This document shows, piece by piece, positions 62,528 to 64,000 of a DNA stretch of 64,000 nt. The DNA is taken from contig CAVWZG010000001.1 in assembly GCA_963759415.1 (NCBI GenBank), forward strand, positions 111,585 to 175,584, given 5' to 3'. Under the pieces are notes generated by a model that ran no database searches, was not told the DNA's origin, and was given only the letters and a program-made list of their open reading frames with translations. A program made the translations under genes and the position numbers. Position 1 is the stretch's first letter, and every line of letters begins with the position of its first letter. This stretch comes from an uncultured Verrucomicrobiae bacterium. GTDB taxonomy: Bacteria; Verrucomicrobiota; Verrucomicrobiia; Limisphaerales; Palsa-1400.

Positions 62528-64000
62528 ATGAGCAAAATCGTCGGCATTGACTTGGGCACCACCAATTCGCTGGTCGCCACGGTGGATTCCGGCATTCCCT
62601 ACGTCATCGCCGATGCCCAAGGCCGGCGGCTGACTCCCTCAGTGGTCCATTTTCCAGACGGCGGCGCCCCACCCGTGGTCGGCGAGCAGGCCAACCGCAT
62701 CCGCGCGCTCAAACCGGCCGAGACGGTGTATTCCATCAAACGTTTCATGGGCCGGCGGGCCTCGGAAATCTCCCGCGAGGAAGTGGTGGTCCATTACCCC
62801 GTTGCGGGCCAAGGCGCCGGGCCGGTCACGGTCGCCCTGCCGGGCCGATCCTGGACGCCGGAGGAAATCTCGGCCGAAATCCTCAAAAAACTCAAGCGCG
62901 ACGCCGAAGCGGCCCTGGGCGAGCCGGTGGCCCGCGCCGTCATTACCGTGCCGGCCTACTTCAACGACGCCCAGCGCAACGCCACCAAAAAGGCCGGCGA
63001 ATTGGCCGGCTTCACCGTTGAACGCATTGTCAACGAGCCGACGGCGGCGGCCCTGGCCTACGGCTTGGACAAATTGCGGGAAAAATCCAAAATCGCCGTT
63101 TATGACCTGGGCGGCGGCACCTTCGATCTTTCCATCCTGGAAATGCACGAAGGCGTCTTCCAGGTCCTGGCCACCAACGGCAACACCCGCCTGGGCGGGG
63201 ACGATCTGGACCAGCGCCTGGTCGAATTCCTTATTGACAAGATCAAGGCCGCCGGAGGGCCGGACCTTTCCGCGGACCCGCCCGCGCTGGCGCGCGCGAG
63301 AGAGGCGGTCGAGCAGGCCAAAATCCGCCTTTCCACCCAGGAGCGGGCCGACATCGCCCTGCCCTTCCTCGCGCCGGATTTTCATTTTAATTACACGCTG
63401 CCACGCGCCGAATTGGAAGGCCTGACCCGCGACATCGTCCTGCGCACCCGGCCGCACTGCCTGCGTTCCCTGGCTGATGCCAGAATGGAACCCAAGGACC
63501 TCGATCAAGTCATCCTCGTCGGCGGCCAGACCCGCATGCCAATGGTGCGGCGGATCGCGGCGGATATTTTCGGCTGCGCGGAATTTGACGAGGCGCGCGG
63601 GGACCTCCGTCTCGGCCAGAGCCACCACAAGGCATCCGGCCCGCGCCTGAACACCTCGCAACATCCCGACGAAGCCGTCGCGCTGGGTGCGGCCATCCAG
63701 GCGGAAATACTGTGCGGCGGCTTCAAGAATGTTCTTTTGCTTGACGTCACGCCGCTCTCGCTGGGCTTGGAGACTTTTGGCGGGCTGATGAACGTCATTA
63801 TCCCGCGCAACTCGACCATTCCCATCAAAGCCGGCGAGATGTTCACCACCGCCGTCGATCAGCAGCGCCAGATTCTCATCCATGTCCTGCAAGGCGAACG
63901 CGAGCGGGCGGCGGACAATTGGAGTCTGGGCCGGTTCACCCTTGATTTTGAACCCGCTCCCAAAGGCGTCCCCCGGCTCGGCGTCCAATTCGAAATCGAC
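62528..64000 (+). CDS. Hsp70-family chaperone (DnaK/HscA-like), 3'-partial at the window edge
   Basis: This ORF is not in the ORF track because it runs off the end. My own translation from ATG 62528 gives MSKIVGIDLGTTNSLVATV...ITVPAYFNDAQRNATKKAGELAGF...RIVNEPTAAALAYG...VYDLGGGTFDLSIL...LGGDDLD...VILVGGQTRMP, and it is open to nt 64000. Confidence 0.9.
   Translation, partial: MSKIVGIDLGTTNSLVATVDSGIPYVIADAQGRRLTPSVVHFPDGGAPPVVGEQANRIRALKPAETVYSIKRFMGRRASEISREEVVVHYPVAGQGAGPVTVALPGRSWTPEEISAEILKKLKRDAEAALGEPVARAVITVPAYFNDAQRNATKKAGELAGFTVERIVNEPTAAALAYGLDKLREKSKIAVYDLGGGTFDLSILEMHEGVFQVLATNGNTRLGGDDLDQRLVEFLIDKIKAAGGPDLSADPPALARAREAVEQAKIRLSTQERADIALPFLAPDFHFNYTLPRAELEGLTRDIVLRTRPHCLRSLADARMEPKDLDQVILVGGQTRMPMVRRIAADIFGCAEFDEARGDLRLGQSHHKASGPRLNTSQHPDEAVALGAAIQAEILCGGFKNVLLLDVTPLSLGLETFGGLMNVIIPRNSTIPIKAGEMFTTAVDQQRQILIHVLQGERERAADNWSLGRFTLDFEPAPKGVPRLGVQFEID

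Noticed and set aside
62639-63988. 449-aa minus-strand ORF
   Set aside because: It is antisense to the Hsp70 gene, whose plus-strand translation shows unmistakable Hsp70 motifs. The product is R/G/A/D-rich with no motifs. This is a typical shadow ORF of a high-GC genome.
1-64000. tRNA, rRNA, tmRNA, transposase/IS elements and prophage genes
   Set aside because: I scanned for T-loop-like GGTTCGAATCC-type motifs, rRNA-like stretches and transposase/phage-like ORFs, and found none I could support by eye. A covariance-model scan (tRNAscan-SE/Infernal) would be needed to exclude small ncRNAs in the long intergenic regions 17022..17730, 52971..53303 and 53904..54614.

Overview
High-GC bacterial chromosomal window (hand-sampled 60-nt lines are about 60-65% GC). 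Gene content and short dispersed repeat families resemble soil Verrucomicrobiota/PVC bacteria: PEP-CTERM proteins, ThuA, GH116, TMTC-like GT-C/TPR proteins. That taxonomic call is inference only. I support about 47 protein-coding genes. I found no rRNA, tRNA, CRISPR array or transposase. All family calls come from motif recognition by eye, because no searches were possible. Recognisable housekeeping genes are rho, fabF, lpxK, a GT9 heptosyltransferase, parA, hpf, cca, a XerC/D-type recombinase and a partial Hsp70 at the 3' edge. One ORF fuses LMW-phosphatase, RpiB and SHMT. Signalling genes are dense: five sensor kinases, an HD-GYP response regulator and an output-less GAF/PAS protein. Best candidates for something new, in order: (1) a flush, AT-rich two-gene insertion at 26116..27922, next to the recombinase, encoding an ABC/AAA_21-type ATPase and an overlapping 143-aa PD-(D/E)xK-like protein, which I read as a candidate defence module; (2) a Panacea (DUF4065)-type antitoxin gene at 34739..35664, translationally coupled to an unplaceable 122-aa ORF; (3) the triple-fusion ORF at 6990..9158; (4) four tandem TMTC-like GT-C/TPR paralogues behind two sensor kinases, three of which share a near-identical nucleotide block containing an in-frame hairpin motif that also occurs intergenically with compensatory stem changes; (5) a 19-bp tandem repeat running into the start codon of the GAF/PAS gene. 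Several families of short hairpin or microsatellite repeats fill the intergenic regions and produce spurious ORFs in the six-frame track.
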